This document shows, piece by piece, positions 26,213-40,307 of a stretch of DNA of 64,000 bases. Every line of letters begins with the position of its first letter. The stretch's first letter is position 1. The translations under genes were made by a program, and so were the position numbers. The stretch comes from Eledone cirrhosa. Its lineage: Eukaryota. The notes under the pieces are model-generated. The model saw nothing but the letters and a program-made list of their open reading frames with translations. It ran no database searches and had not been told where the DNA came from. The stretch covers positions 82,584,001-82,648,000 of the forward strand of contig OZ024741.1 of NCBI GenBank assembly GCA_964016885.1, written 5' to 3'.

Positions 26213-29200
26213 CAGTATGTCACCGAAGGCAGAGCTCAAGCCGTTTCGACGGCTATTTCTGGACTAAATAGCCGTCGAAACGGCTTGAGCTCTGCCGTCG
26301 GGGTCATACTTTCTCTTATTATCCACTCTACTACCCTAAGTATCGAGTACTCTGGTACGTTATGGTCCATCTGGTTCCTTACCACAAGTCCTTCGTCATA
26401 TATATATATATATATATACATGTAAAAGGTAAACAGAAATAACAACACAATCGGTACAGTATAATATATATATTATTTGTTTGTTAAAATAATCAAATTA
26501 AATTAATTCAACAGTTAAACACACATAGGAATAAGCTTGTTACCAAAGAGCCAAACGATTGACAAGCCTACCGTAAATATGACTAATAGCTCCAGAAAAG
26601 CTATGAAATACACCACATCTTTTAACTTTGATTTTTAAAGTAGGTTTATAATTATTAATTTTCATTATACTTTTGTAGCTGTCTCGACGGCTTAGTTGGT
26701 GAAGGATAGACGGTGCTGATCTTGGTCTGAAGTTCGAACCTGGTCTAGAGTACGGTTTCCCGTAAACCTTTTCATTTTTTTTTCTATGGGACGTAAAATA
26801 AAAACTGAAAAGGTTTACATATACCTTTCGACCAGGATTGAAACTAAGTCCAGAATCTCCACCGTCTCTTGTACCTGGGGCTAGTCCACTGAGACAACTG
26901 CGAAAATCTTATGAAAATTCATACTTATAAACCTATTTTCAATACAAAGTCATGTGGTGTCATTCATGTCTTTGTTAATGTTATTGCTCCTAATTAAGGT
27001 CGACTTCTAAATCATTTAGGTGTTCAATAAACTACATACTCGTTTTGCTTTTCATCTATCTAGACTATATTTTAACTGTAATCCATGTTTCATTTCTGTT
27101 GCACCTCATTCATCCCCTTTCTCTCTCTCCCTCTTTCTATCTGTGATATTTGAATCTACTACCATTTAGGTTTACTTTATTCGTATATATATGTTTTTGA
27201 ATGTCATATTCAAACTTACAATGGTTGGCATTATATATATATTATTTGTCTGATAAAATAATCAAATTAAATTAATTAAACAGTTAAATACACATAGTGA
27301 TATTAAGGTTGTTACGAAAGGGCCAGAAGATTGGACAAGTTGACCCTAAATACGACTAACAGCGCTTGGAAAGCCATGAAAGACACCACATTTGAATTAA
27401 CAAGTGAGTGAAAAAATCGCTTAATACAGAAAAGCAGTCTCCAATGGCTGTACCATAGAATGGAAGTATTCGGCCCCAGTCTTCAAGTAAAAGGGCAAAA
27501 ATAGTGCGACAGTAGCAATGGTAATGCCTACAGCATTTCCGGACAGTAAATTCCAGCAGGCGATTAGATAGCAATATAGAAATTAGCGCGCTGTTTAGAA
27601 TTCGAATTCCGGATATTTCGACCAATATATATATGTGTATAACTGTGACCGTGTAATGGAGTTAAATCAAACGTGACTATCTTCGGGTAAAATCAAATCT
27701 CCACAACATCATTATATGCAAAATATCGAAACAAATGAATGGTGTAAATCTAAAATATTAGCAACATATTGGAGGAGGGCAAATCCTTGTCTACTGAATC
27801 TGCAATTTTGATTTGATTCCAAGGTTTACTTCATCAATTCACTTTGAGTTTGATTCCAATTCAATGTTGATGTGATTTGATTGATATGATTTGATTGATA
27901 TGATTCGATTCTAAACATTTCACTTCCCGTCCACTGCCCAATTTTATTAGCAGTTGAATGAATGTCAGAGTATCTCATATGGAATATAGTTCTTTCCCAC
28001 GTGAACACGTATCTTCACCGGAACTCCCTCTCACACTTTTTCTATCTCACTGAGTCTCTCTCGATATATATTTCAGTTTCTCTTTCTTTCTCACAAGCTG
28101 CAGTCAGAATATCTAAAAACAAGATGTGGGTTGTGTGGTATACTTAAAGTTGTGTAAGCAATCTTCAACTATCAGTCGGTTTTAACCATTTCGAAGCTGT
28201 ATTTATAATATAATAAATAATCTTTTAATTAATTAAAACATTATGAAGAACGTACCAGAAATTTTGTCATTCGTTTATATATATATTTCGATTGCTCGAA
28301 AATATACTAAAGAGATAATGAATAAAATATAAAGATATATTATCCATATATATATACTAGTGGCTTGTGTTGCTTTTATGTTTCTGTACATGTGTATATA
28401 TTTATTAACACATGACATCTCTACACGTTTGCCATTTCTCCTATATTTAACTGTATTTCTAAGGAAATTCAATTTACTACAATTGAAAAATAAAGAATTT
28501 TGAACAGTTTACTAAAATTATTAATGATTTCATTACTAAGATAGTAACTTAACCTATAAGTCTGAAACAAAATTGTATTATAAATTTTCAAATCAAATAA
28601 GACTCTTTTCAAACGAATTGTATTATTTCAAATCCTTCCGATGTTAACTTTGCCTTTCATCCTTACGGGTCGATAACACTAAGAACCCCTAACGGAAAGG
28701 GGACGATTTAATCGATTTTCCCCTCCCGCAAAAATGGTTGTCCTTGTGCCTAATTCAAAAGCCATTATTTCATAGAACCAGAGATAGGTTAGTATCAAAA
28801 GTGTTAAACCAGCCCGAGGTCTTTAGGTGCCTTTCGGCTTGGATCCAAGGTCTCTCCTTGAAGAATTATTTTCCTTCCTCGAGTTCCTACAGTCTTTAAT
28901 TCCACGTAATGGGTTGTGAGCAACGATTGTTCCCTCATCTTTCTGCCTCTCATTCTCTCAAAACCAGACATTCACTAGTTATAGCAAGCATATCTTAGGC
29001 AAAGACGTGGATGTTCAATCTAAAACAGATTTCACAGACTGTTTTAGTCTACCCACCCAACGTTTTGAGAATATACATCATTATAACGTTGATGGAAAAC
29101 TTTGCAATACAATTTAAATTTGAATGAATTTTAGGTTAGCATTTGTATTTTTCCTACTCCTTGAATTAAATGACCCATCTTATACATTGCCCACCTGCAC

Positions 29201-30056
29201 GGCTTCTGTTGGTATAAGCCACTCCCACCCCCCTCATTGTGGTAATACATTTTGAATCAATTTTCGAAGTTATTATAGTTGTCAGCGTTTAATATGTCAT
29301 TGGGAAGTTGATGTTAAGTTGATTTTGATGTTATATATAAACCCATTTTAGCATTGATTCACTCATGATCCAACTCTCTTCAAACTCTCAATCTATTTAT
29401 GACCATCACATCATTTTTCACTGATAATATTTACACCGGACTATATTATCGAATGTTTCTTTTCTTTTTCAGGAATTATATAAGAAAATATGAGTTATTT
29501 CTAGTTAGTGAAACGACCATATAGTGCTGTCTCACTACTTTTATAAGTGCTTATTTGAAATTTGGTCGCATTTACCTTGCAAATTCTGAATCTTGTATGG
29601 GGTGAGACAAATCATTTAGTTTGGTAGTGATCACTTCACTTTAGAAGCCCTATATGGTAAGTTTATTAAATTCGTACGAATATTTTCTTCTTATCCTCTT
29701 ACATTTATTATCCATTATAAAATACTTTCACTAGTTACATCAGACACTTTCACTCCGGAGTTCCTTGAAACTTGGTCTAACATCATCTCCAGCTACGAGT
29801 CGCAAACTTCCAAATGTATAATAATCATCATTTTAAAATTATCAACTGTAAATTATTTAGGAAAGGATATTTCACAGCGTGATCTCTATAAGCAAGAAGT
29901 AATGTCCCTATTGCATTTCTTCATTTTCACTACTCATTGTGTTAGCAGACTGCCTCTAAACTAGCTGTTGTCGAAACCCCCCCACACACACTAACATACA
30001 CACACGCACACATATATGTGTGTGTGTGTATGTTTGTGTGTATATGTGTGTATGTA

Positions 30057-30095
<39 letters not shown>

Positions 30096-32298
30096 TGCAT
30101 GTGTGTGGATGTGTGTGAAGGGTGGGGGTGAGTTTTTGAGAGTGTGTACATCAAATATTAGGTATTTACATGCAATGAACTTGCAGTGTCGAAACAAACG
30201 CCATCTGATTTAATTCTTCCGCAGAACTTTTCAATACAACAAAGGAAACGGCATTCACGTAGATCTGTATAAATTCAATTAGTTAAATAGGTTTATTGCC
30301 AGACCAAACCAAATATAAAATTGCATTCAATTATTATTAATGTTTCCGCTAGGGTGGAAACACATTCTTTCTGATTGCCAGACATAAAAACTTACATTGT
30401 AATCAGAAAATCTTCCACTTCTGAATTGAATAATTAGTTTGCAAGATGATAGCTGCTTGTCTTCCATGTTTTCCTTGTAATATTCCTTTCAACTGGAAAA
30501 CATTTACAAGTTTAAACAAAAGAGTTCTCATTTCAGTATATAAGTGTATAGTTAGCAGTAATACAAATAAGAATCTAATGACTTTGATTGATATATCCTA
30601 TAAATGATATTGGCAATTGATTGGATATCGTTCTTCATTCGTTTGCACAGGACACTGTTTAATACTTTTACTACCTTAGTACCTTATTATGTTACAGCGA
30701 CTAATGTTAACTTCCAGAGCTGCTGTATGCTATAATATATAATACATTAAGAAATTTTACACCAAATGAAACAGTTATTGTTCCAGTCGTAATTCATGCC
30801 AGGCTTGACTAAACATCTATAATACATCAGCCTAATAGAAATAATGCCAACTATAATCCACTCGATATATACCAATATTGAATTTATAGGACTTAACTGC
30901 ACCGCTGAATGTATGATTTAAATTCATGAAATACATACGTCAAAGACACAATGACAGGGCAAAACGTTTCTCTTGACTTTTAAGTTTCAACAATTATATG
31001 TGGCTATAATTTGAAAACCCCCAATAAGAAATGGTTGCCAGCCAAGAATGTAACCGGGCCATTAGAAAGCAATGAAATGTGTTATTACCCAATAAATTAC
31101 AGCTCTGTAGTCAATATTTCAGCTTTGGTGCAGCAAATTGGTGGACAGAAATCGAAGAAATTAAATATAGCTTGCAAACATTTGTAACAAACCAAGCAGC
31201 AGTTCAAAATATACTATGACTACATATGACATTTCCTCAAACATAGTATATAATTTGAAGTGTCCTAATAATTAAAAAAACAAACACAAAATGGAAAACA
31301 TAAGAAAATTTAGTCATGCAGGTGATTTTTTTCAAAGGTATATTTTAACGGATAACTGTTCTTAAAATGAAATTGAATTTTTTTTTTGTAGTTAAATTGT
31401 GGTTTCTGCATACTACTCATACATTTTTGTACTTCTTCACGTGCTCTTGTTTTATTTATTGTCGTTTCCGAATATGTAAAATGTTAATGTGATATCCTCA
31501 TGTAGCTATTGCTTTTAGTTTCCATTTATTCTTCCCAAGATGTATTACTGTAGAGATGTTGAAATATAATGTGGACGTCAAACTATACAGCCCTTGACTG
31601 GACGGCAAATCTTAACTGGGTTAGTCGGACATATGGTGAAAGCACCATCGAGGAAAACAGGCAGCTGTACCCATTTCACTAGACTACATCCTCAGATGCC
31701 ATGCACTCGTCCTGATGTTGCGGGGAAACTACAGAGTCTGAGAAAGAATTCGTCCTTCTAAACAGAATCTTAGCCATAGTCGAAAACAGATTCCGCAGGC
31801 ACAGCGTCTTCTTCATTCCGAATGGAATATGAAAGGTCAAACACAAAACAAAACAGCTTTCCTCACACTAACACACACTTCTAAAAACACACCCACAACA
31901 AATACAGTCATATCTAAATCAACACCATTACTACCACAAACGTGATTGCTACCATCAATACTATCACATCAATTACCCAAAAATACACACACACACACAC
32001 ACACGCAACACCAACAACCAACGACACGTGCTAGGGACTTTGTGGTAGTGAGGAAGGCCAACTAAGTATTGATGGCCCTTTTAGAAGGAAGTAAAGATAT
32101 TGAAACATTAATGTTGATCAGTATGAATCTAGAAATTTACAAATGTGTGTGTACCTAATGTAAAAGCCACCAGTATGCTTTTTAAGGGGTTCCCAAAGGA
32201 ATCAATTGATATCCAACAGATCCTGCAGGGAATATAGCTTCCCTTCTTTTTATTTAACACTTTCTGGCCAACATTAATATATTAAAAGTACGGTGGAT

Positions 32299-32483
32299 TG
32301 GCGGTGGATTGGCAGTATCGGTAGAGGGTCGGACGCCATGCTTTGCAGCATAGTTACATCCCTTTACGATCTTAGTTCAAATCCCGCCGAGGTTCACTTT
32401 GCCTTTCATCCTTACGGGGTCGATAAAATAAAGTACCAGTAATGCACTGGGTAATTACTGGCCTTGTGCCTAAAGTAGAAACA
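32299..32483 (+). mobile_element. tRNA-derived SINE with a 20-bp TSD
   Basis: Flanked by attaatatattaaaagtacg direct repeats. Other copies at ~10385-10565, 19315-19423(-), 28625-28770, 33876-34062(-), 40413-40630(-), 40672-40795(-) and 42259-42445(-). Confidence 0.88.
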
Positions 32484-32509
32484 ATTAATATATTAAAAGT
32501 ACGTTGTAT

Positions 32510-33790
32510 AAACGAATATGACCCAGGAACATCCTGGAAGCAAGGTCGCTATTAGCTATAGATTTGAAAACCTCCAGCGACACATGGATAAAGGTACTTG
32601 CGCCCATTTTTAATAACTATTTAATCTTCATATCCCTTAACCGGCCGGGAATAGGAGGCGGGTGGCAGTGCGTTTCAGGAAAGGCCTGGACTTCCCGGTA
32701 CGAACGATCTTATTGTACCCGCATGGTAAGCCGTTGTTCTTGGATTTGATCAGTAGCGTAGGTGTTGCTTTTAGTCTGTTTGCCGTATATGCCTCGATGG
32801 GACAGGACGGCCTGATTTTTTTAGGCCCCCAGGAAACCTTTCTTAGAACGTCTCCCGTATTTCTGTGAACGGAGGACTGGAATGGCATCTTTGACGCTAT
32901 TAGAAGCGAAGAATACACACGCCTCAAGAACCTCATCATACAATTCCAACTGTCTGAAAGATAGCGATTAGGTTTTTTCCGAATGCGCCAGTGTGGACTT
33001 AGAGCAATTGGATATTGTCACATATATCGTAATTAGATAGCTTTTCATTGGGTAAGCAGATAGGGATAACATAGGTTGTCCACATTCTCAAAAGGTCACC
33101 ATTTCAGTGCACAAATTTGTGATCTGCATGGTCCATATAGATAGAATTCATAGACATAGGCCTGGATACAGGAGCTTTAAGCGTTGTTCCCGGCACGAAA
33201 AGAATACTGAGACTGGGATAGCGCGTTAATTAAGCGAATGGTGACAGTGGGAGTCGTCAAAAATAGGTGGTTGGTTGCTTTCAAATGATGTATTCGATTA
33301 GAATCTATAGCTTTTGGTGAAAAATATAGTGATAGAAAGAAATGAAAAGGAGAGCGAGTAAGTAGCTAAATTAGAAGAGGCAATTAGAAATGGCTCTGCA
33401 ACAGATGTGCTAGCGGGAAACATGACACAATACCATTTATTTCAATACGAAACAGGAATATTACACTGCCAGAGCTATATTTGTTTAAAGGTGGGTGAAG
33501 TTTGCGAGGATAGCCCGAGCAACTGGATATACACTAAGCTTGAGTCTCTAGGACAGAAAATTCAGAGATGAGAAGGCCACTTTCCTAGGGTGGCCTTCGT
33601 GAATAAATTGGCTTCGAATCTATGGGGCTCCCAAAGTAACCCTAGGTGATGCTTCTGCCTGCTGGGGAGGTCTGTTGTTATTTATGCAGTTTTATCATTT
33701 TATTAGTTGCACGTTCTTTGTTAATTCGACTGGCCCTGATCTTTTGTACTGTCTTTTATATTTCGACCATAGTGGCCAATACAAAAATAA
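32510..33790 (+). pseudogene. Degenerate Tx1/L1-like LINE: APE endonuclease remnant joined to a 3' tail
   Basis: AVRFRKGLD..HGKPLFLDL..AFSLFAVYAS...EDWN resembles an L1/Tx1 APE domain (VYAP, GDWN). The ending gtggccaata matches the 3' end of the 42451-44700 element. Confidence 0.55.
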
Positions 33791-35464
33791 TAATAGTATT
33801 TATTATGATTATCATAACGTTTACCAATAAGCACTTACTCTTTGTTGATATATCTCAAACGATGAATAATAAAAATAATTGTTTCTACTTTTGGCACGAG
33901 GCCAGCAATTATCCCAGTGCATTACTGGTACTTTATTTTATCGACCCCGTAAGGATGAAAGGCAAAGTTAACCTCGGCGGGATTTGAACTCAGATCATAA
34001 AGAGAGGTAACTCTATGCTTCAAAGCATGGCGCCCGACCCTCTACCAATACTGCCAATCCACAATAAAAATAAAAATAACTAAAAGCATCTGCAAAACCA
34101 CGGAATGCCTATTGCATGAAGTTCACAGACGACGTTAGTTGGAAAATTTGCATCAAAACCTTATGAAATACATAGGATAGGCAAACCAAACCAGGAATGT
34201 TATAACAAAGATAAGAAAAAGTTTGAAAATAGACATTAAATTATTAATAAATCAATGAAGTATCTACCGAAATGAACGTACACAAATCAAAGAAATGAGT
34301 TAACCAAGACTATTATTTTCGTATTATACTAATACATAAGTTAAATGTCAAAACTAAAGAAATAGCTATGAATATTCTCGGTGTTTTCCGTAATAAGTTA
34401 TTGTGATATTCCCAGCTGGAATGGAAGTGAATTGTTGACACTAAATAGAAAAAACAAGTAAAATAATGACTATTTAAAATACAATGATGAAAAGCTGACA
34501 ACATAATGGTTATGTTTCTCAGAAATATAGATAGAGAGATCTCAGAAAACAAATATATATCTACTGTAATATATCTTGTGAATAATAAATGAAAACAAAT
34601 AGCTACAATATGGGATGAAAATACAGAACGTCTCTCTATATTCAACGAAGAAATTAAACAACACGATAGCAGATAAGGTAACACAACATTGTGAAGATAA
34701 GAAGATAAAATAAATAGTACAACATAAGTTGACAGAAAATTAAATTTCAAATTAGGAACAGCTGTTTGTTAAAATATTCATTAAAAAATCACCTGAATTG
34801 CCAATACATCTTGATACGACTGATAAATATAAGGATTGGATAACGAAAATATATACATTTCTGGGTTAGATGTTATGAATCAAATATGAGACCTAGAGAT
34901 CCTTTTTCTGTTAGCGCAATACCTGAGCGTTCTTTACAGAATGTACTGAAAATATAGTTTAAAACGTTGCACTATCAAATATAAATACATGTCATAGTTG
35001 AAATTGTGAAGGCATGATTAAATAAATCAATACTTTCGACAGACGAGTCCCTCTAAAATGTTGTATAGAGATATTTGATGCCAAACGTGGAGGTTTCAAA
35101 CATTTGCAAGTAACCCAGAAATAGGTGAATATAGAATCAGATGTGGTAAATTTGCATGGAATTACAGTGATTCAATTCATTTCCTTACAGACAAAATATT
35201 AAAAAAGATATTACTATAAATTTAGAGGTTTGCAGAAGTAAAGTGATGACAAGAGAAATCTTTATGCGAGAATGTAAGTTTATAAATACATATTTAAATA
35301 TTTTAACGTCTCTTAAAACACATACAATTATAAATGAAAGGATATAGAGATGTTATCTTGACACCTTTCTACATAGATCAGAACAGATGAAGATGGTTTA
35401 CAGAGAAATGCGTAAATAAAATATGTTTACACATATAAAAGAAATCGATAGTGGTATTACCACC

Positions 35465-35521
<57 letters not shown>
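35465..35521. repeat. (TAA)n tract, candidate left flank of the Dong-like element
   Basis: Directly visible. Similar tracts at 40383-40414, 40631-40673 and 40801-40830. Confidence 0.9.
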
Positions 35522-35523
<2 letters not shown>

Positions 35524-35688
35524 AGGGAAGAAGACGCACGAGGTGACGGAGGTCATGAAATCGCTCCCGTAAGTTTTGAATTTTTAACATATTTAAATCA
35601 TTTGTGAAATAACAACTCTTAGTACAAATGCTACGTAAAGCACCCGGCTTGAGCCCCAAAAAATTCGGACCCAAAATATATTGTTATA

Positions 35689-36345
35689 AGGCTCAAATAT
35701 TCAAATATTCAACTTTGTATTGTACACTGTATATCCAAAAAAAAATGGCTATAAATGGAAGAAGAAGAACCCCCCCACCCTCCTCTCCTCTGGCTACACT
35801 ATATAGGACAGCTAAACTCACCAACACCAGAAACTAGATACACCGCCCACCCCATCATCTGTGTACACTAAACACAACAGCATTTTCACCTTCACCGCCA
35901 CCGCTCACTACGGCCATCATTACCAACACTATCCCATCACCGCCGCCACCACCCCTTGACTCCTTCACTGCTGCTGCCACCGCTACAGCACCATCACTAC
36001 AGTAATACGGCTCAAATATTCAAATATTCAACTTTGTATTGTACACTGTATATCCCAAAAAAAAAATAAAATAAAATAAAATGGCTAAAAATGGAAGAAG
36101 AAGAACCCCCCCCCCTCCTCTCCTCTGGCTACACTATATAGGACAGCGAAACTCACCAACACCAGAAACTAGATACACCACCCACCCCATCATCTGTGTA
36201 CACTAAACACAACAGCATTTTCACCTTCACCGCCACCGCTCACTACGGCCATCATTACCACCACTATCCCATCACCGCCGCCACCACCCCCTGACTCCTT
36301 CACTGCTGCTGCCACCGCTACAGCACCATCACTACAGTAATACGG
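35689..36345. repeat. Near-identical tandem duplication (~320-335 bp)
   Basis: ggctcaaatattcaaatattcaac...cagtaatacgg occurs at ~35689-36010 and ~36009-36345. Confidence 0.9.
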
Positions 36346-36914
36346 TCGCATCACCGCCACCACTGCCTCGGTATCGACATCACCGCCACCACTGTCTCAG
36401 TATCGCCAACGCCGCTAGTCTCTGCTGGCTACCACTTCCACATTATAGAATTCCTACTACTAACAAAGAGGAAGGCATCAAAATATATAGATAGACTCAA
36501 AAGAAAAAAGAAAAAACAAACAACAAAAGCAGCACAGCAACAACAGTAAAAAACGAGAAAAACAGAGAAAAACAAAAACAAAAAAAGAAACCCCAAAAAC
36601 GTAAAGAAAATAAGAATGAAGAGAGAAGCAGGCGGACGGACAGAGTAGAGGGGGGAAAAAGTAAAACTTAAAAAACAAAAACTAAGTCAGACATTCGAAT
36701 ACTACATTACAATGAAACTTATGCTTATTCATTTTTGGGGCCCTTTCTGCCAGTGTGTTTGTTTGTTTATGTGTGTCCGTATACAGCGTGGTGATAATGC
36801 CACACAAGGGCCAAGTGGGATGGCGGATCCACAGATGGCTATGTAAACATACATTCGCCAATCCTCGATAAGAGTGTTTAAATATCGAACATAAACAGTT
36901 CGAATAACGGTGAA

Positions 36915-39900
36915 ATGGAGACTAGAACGTCATGTGACAGACTCTCACCCAACAGGTGCCCCCTGGCTCAGCAGCAGGAACCTGACTGTCAACGAAATAC
37001 TGCTGATGTTGGAGGAAGAAGAAGAAGGAAAGGGGCCAGAACCAACTGGACGAAAGAATTGAATAGAACTGTTATGCAATGCTACCTGAAAAGTAACCCC
37101 AAGGAGAGGGGCTACAGGAGACGGATGCATAACATCTGGAACGAGATTGGTTTATTTAAATTAGATGAACAAAAATTGGCCGGGCAGGCTCGGGTAATAA
37201 GAACTAATGGGTGGATAAGCGAGCTGGAACTGGAGGAACTGAGCAGAGAGAATGGCTTGGAGATGGCGGGTGTAGTATGCCAGACAAGCGAGCCGGCGGG
37301 AAATGAAGGTGAGGAGGTCCTGAGAGCGGAGGAACCACCCGAAGCAGACAATGATCTGAATACTGAGATAAATAATACCTGGAACAGAGATACGGCCACT
37401 GAGGAGATGAATGCTGACGGGCTAGGACAAGATTCGGTTGACATCCTAAATTTAGTGGTAGATGAGTTGAACAATGATAGTGGGAGACCTATGAACCTAA
37501 GATTTGTAGACAGGAAAAAGTTAAAAGAAACAACAGCTAAGGTAAACAAAGTCATCCCATACCTTGAGGCGAGGAGTCTTCACCAGTGCAACAATATCCT
37601 CAAAGCAACAGCAAATACGGTGAGGAAACTACTTGGTATAAAAGCGAGAGGAAACAACAGACAAGAAAGAGCAGAGCCGTGGTGGAAGAAGCGACTGAGT
37701 GGGCAAATCGGGGAAATGAGAAATGACATAGGAAAGCTTGAGTCACTACTGAATGGGACACTAAAAAACATAGGCACTAAAAATAGACTGGAAATAAAAT
37801 ACAAAACTAGGAGTAAAAAGCTAAATATTATCATAGAGGAATTGAAGCAACGCATTGTAGCAAAGAGTGCCAAAATCAGGCGATACGAGAACAGAGTCAG
37901 TCAGTATAAACAGAACCGCATGTTCGACAACAACCAGAAGATGTTGTTTGGACAGCTTGAGGGGAAAGAAAGAGGCACCGACTTGATCCCTGGGGCGGAA
38001 CAAGCTAAAACATTCTGGAGAGGAATATGGGAGCAGGATGTTAGACACAATGCCCAGGCAGGGTGGATTGAGACAGTACAGAGGGAGATCGGTGAGCAGG
38101 CACAGCAACAGACTGATTTGAGTATCACAGTTGAAACTCTTAAGGGGCAAGCCAAAAAACTAACCAACTGGAAATCACCAGGCCCAGATGGTGTGCAGGG
38201 GTATTGGATTAAACATTTAACATCCCTCCACCCGAAGCTGACGGCCATGTTCAATGACTGCTTGGTGTCGGGTGAGGTGCCAGAGTGGTTGACAAAAGGT
38301 ACCACAGTTCTGATAATGAAAGACCGAATCAAGGGTAATGATGTTACCAACTATAGACCTATCACATGTCTGCCCGTAATGTGGAAACTGTTGACGAGCA
38401 TTGTGTCTGAGGAAATCTACCATCACCTCCACACAAACAACTTGTTGCCGGACGAACAGAAAGGATGCCGAAAGAAGTCACGTGGTACAAAGGACCAGTT
38501 GCTTATTGATAAGATGGTAATGGGGAATTGCAGGAGGAGACACACTGATCTTGCCATGGGATGGATAGACTACAGAAAGGCATTTGACATGGTGCCTCAT
38601 TCCTGGATCACCAAAAGCCTGGAGATCTTCAGGGTGGCAGATAACATCAGACAGTTGCTGGGCAGGAGTATGGGGTCCTGGGAGACAGAGTTGACATCAA
38701 CTGGAGTATCCTTGGGAAGCGTGAAGATCAAGAGAGGTATCTTCCAGGGAGATAGCCTGTCCCCTCTGTTGTTTGTCCTTGCCCTGATGCCCTTGACCAT
38801 TATGCTGCGAAAAGTGAGAGCAGGATACAAGTTGGGAAGGGGAGAGCTTACCATCAATCACCTCCTCTTCATGGACGATCTTAAGCTCTTCGGGAAAAGT
38901 GAGAAGGAGTTGGATGTGCTTGTTGACACTGTCCGTATTTTCAGCAGTGATATATGTATGCAGTTTGGTATTGGTAAATGTGGAGTCATTGTGATGAGGA
39001 GGGGTAGGTTGAGCAGAAGTAACGGGATCCAGATACCAACAGGTGAGATGATAAAGGAAATTGACTCTGAGGAAGGATACAAGTATTTGGGCGTTCTGGA
39101 GGCTGATGGCATAAAGAACAAAAAAATGAAGGAATTGTTAAGAACTGAATACATTCGGAGAGTAAGGAGCGTATTGAAGTCACATCTGAACAGCAGAAAT
39201 GCCATAAGCGCAGTAAATTCCCGAGCTGTGTCTATTATTAGGTACAGTGCGGGAATTCTGAGATGGAATGTTGCTGAACAAAAAGAAATGGATAGGAAGA
39301 CTAGGAAGCTATTGACTATCTACAACATGTTCCACAAGAGGAGTGATGTCGATAGACTCTACCTAAGGAGATCTGAGGGTGGAAGAGGTCTTATCAGCAT
39401 AGAGGACTGTGTTCAGATGGAGAAAAACAACCTATACAAATACGTGACCTATAGTAAGGAGCCAATGCTCAGAGCTGTACTGAAGGAGGGGACAGTAGGC
39501 CAGGGGATACCCAAGGAGGAAATAACATCAAGGAGAAAGAGCAGCCTTAAGGGAAAATCCCTTCATAGTACCTTCTTTGAGAAAACTGAATTTAGAGATC
39601 CACAGACATGGAACTGGTTGAGAAGAGGAGACCTCAAAAAGGCTACAGAAGGAATGCTAATGGCTGCGCAGGAGCAGGCCCTCAAAACGAAGTGGTTGAA
39701 GCACCATATCTACAAGGAGGAGGCTAGCCCACTGTGCAGGATCTGTGGAGAGAGAGAGGAGACTGTGGCTCACATTGTGTCCGAGTGTAAACACCTAGCC
39801 CAGACCCACTATAAGGGCTGGAGACACGATGTGATGGGCAGGGTGATCCACTGGCACCTGTGCAAAGTAAACAATCTACCACATTCTGAGAAATGGTATG

Positions 39901-40307
39901 AGCATAGGCCAGAGGCGGTGATGGAGAACAGTCAGGTGAAGGTGCTGTGGGATTTTAGGATACAGACGGACAAAAAACTGGAACACAATAGACCTGACCT
40001 GGTGGTTGTGGACAAAGAAAAAAGATCGTGCCTGATTGTGGATGTGGCCTGCCCGTTCGACACGAGAGTGCAAGAGAAGGAGAGGGAGAAAATTAACCGA
40101 TACCAGGACCTAAAGTGGGAGGTGAAAAGGATTTGGAACTGCCATGAAGTCAAAGTGATCCCGATTGTCATAGGCGCACTGGGGACTATCTCCAAAGGTT
40201 TCCAGGGATGGTTAAAGAAAATCGGCCCCTTCACGCTTTTTGGAACGCTTCAAAAGGCATGCTTGCTTGGAACGGCAAGAACCCTCCGATACGTCCTGAA
40301 TATCTGA
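36915..40307 (+). CDS. Intact R4/Dong-clade non-LTR retrotransposon ORF (RT + CCHC finger + restriction-like endonuclease), 1130 aa
   Basis: N-terminal WTKELN...GYRRRM..W...EQKLAGQAR.I motif; RT motifs WKSPGPDG, NYRPITCL, GIFQGDSLSP and HLLFMDD; CRICGEREETVAHIVSEC; RHD; RPDL..IVDVACP..EKINRY. The 3' UTR to ~40382 ends in (TAA)n. Confidence 0.93.
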   Translation: METRTSCDRLSPNRCPLAQQQEPDCQRNTADVGGRRRRKGARTNWTKELNRTVMQCYLKSNPKERGYRRRMHNIWNEIGLFKLDEQKLAGQARVIRTNGWISELELEELSRENGLEMAGVVCQTSEPAGNEGEEVLRAEEPPEADNDLNTEINNTWNRDTATEEMNADGLGQDSVDILNLVVDELNNDSGRPMNLRFVDRKKLKETTAKVNKVIPYLEARSLHQCNNILKATANTVRKLLGIKARGNNRQERAEPWWKKRLSGQIGEMRNDIGKLESLLNGTLKNIGTKNRLEIKYKTRSKKLNIIIEELKQRIVAKSAKIRRYENRVSQYKQNRMFDNNQKMLFGQLEGKERGTDLIPGAEQAKTFWRGIWEQDVRHNAQAGWIETVQREIGEQAQQQTDLSITVETLKGQAKKLTNWKSPGPDGVQGYWIKHLTSLHPKLTAMFNDCLVSGEVPEWLTKGTTVLIMKDRIKGNDVTNYRPITCLPVMWKLLTSIVSEEIYHHLHTNNLLPDEQKGCRKKSRGTKDQLLIDKMVMGNCRRRHTDLAMGWIDYRKAFDMVPHSWITKSLEIFRVADNIRQLLGRSMGSWETELTSTGVSLGSVKIKRGIFQGDSLSPLLFVLALMPLTIMLRKVRAGYKLGRGELTINHLLFMDDLKLFGKSEKELDVLVDTVRIFSSDICMQFGIGKCGVIVMRRGRLSRSNGIQIPTGEMIKEIDSEEGYKYLGVLEADGIKNKKMKELLRTEYIRRVRSVLKSHLNSRNAISAVNSRAVSIIRYSAGILRWNVAEQKEMDRKTRKLLTIYNMFHKRSDVDRLYLRRSEGGRGLISIEDCVQMEKNNLYKYVTYSKEPMLRAVLKEGTVGQGIPKEEITSRRKSSLKGKSLHSTFFEKTEFRDPQTWNWLRRGDLKKATEGMLMAAQEQALKTKWLKHHIYKEEASPLCRICGEREETVAHIVSECKHLAQTHYKGWRHDVMGRVIHWHLCKVNNLPHSEKWYEHRPEAVMENSQVKVLWDFRIQTDKKLEHNRPDLVVVDKEKRSCLIVDVACPFDTRVQEKEREKINRYQDLKWEVKRIWNCHEVKVIPIVIGALGTISKGFQGWLKKIGPFTLFGTLQKACLLGTARTLRYVLNI

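Noticed and set aside
29472-29663. Exon-like segment (polypyrimidine-CAG ... G/GTAAGT)
   Set aside because: It has stops in all three frames and no partner exons. It could be a non-coding exon, but that needs RNA data.
34090-35400. Possible very old Dong-like RT remnant on +
   Set aside because: There is only a vague resemblance in motif order and no translatable conserved block; a tBLASTn with the 36915-40307 protein would decide.
36735-36914. HDV-like ribozyme expected in the 5' UTR of an RLE-type LINE
   Set aside because: I could not build the nested double pseudoknot by eye.
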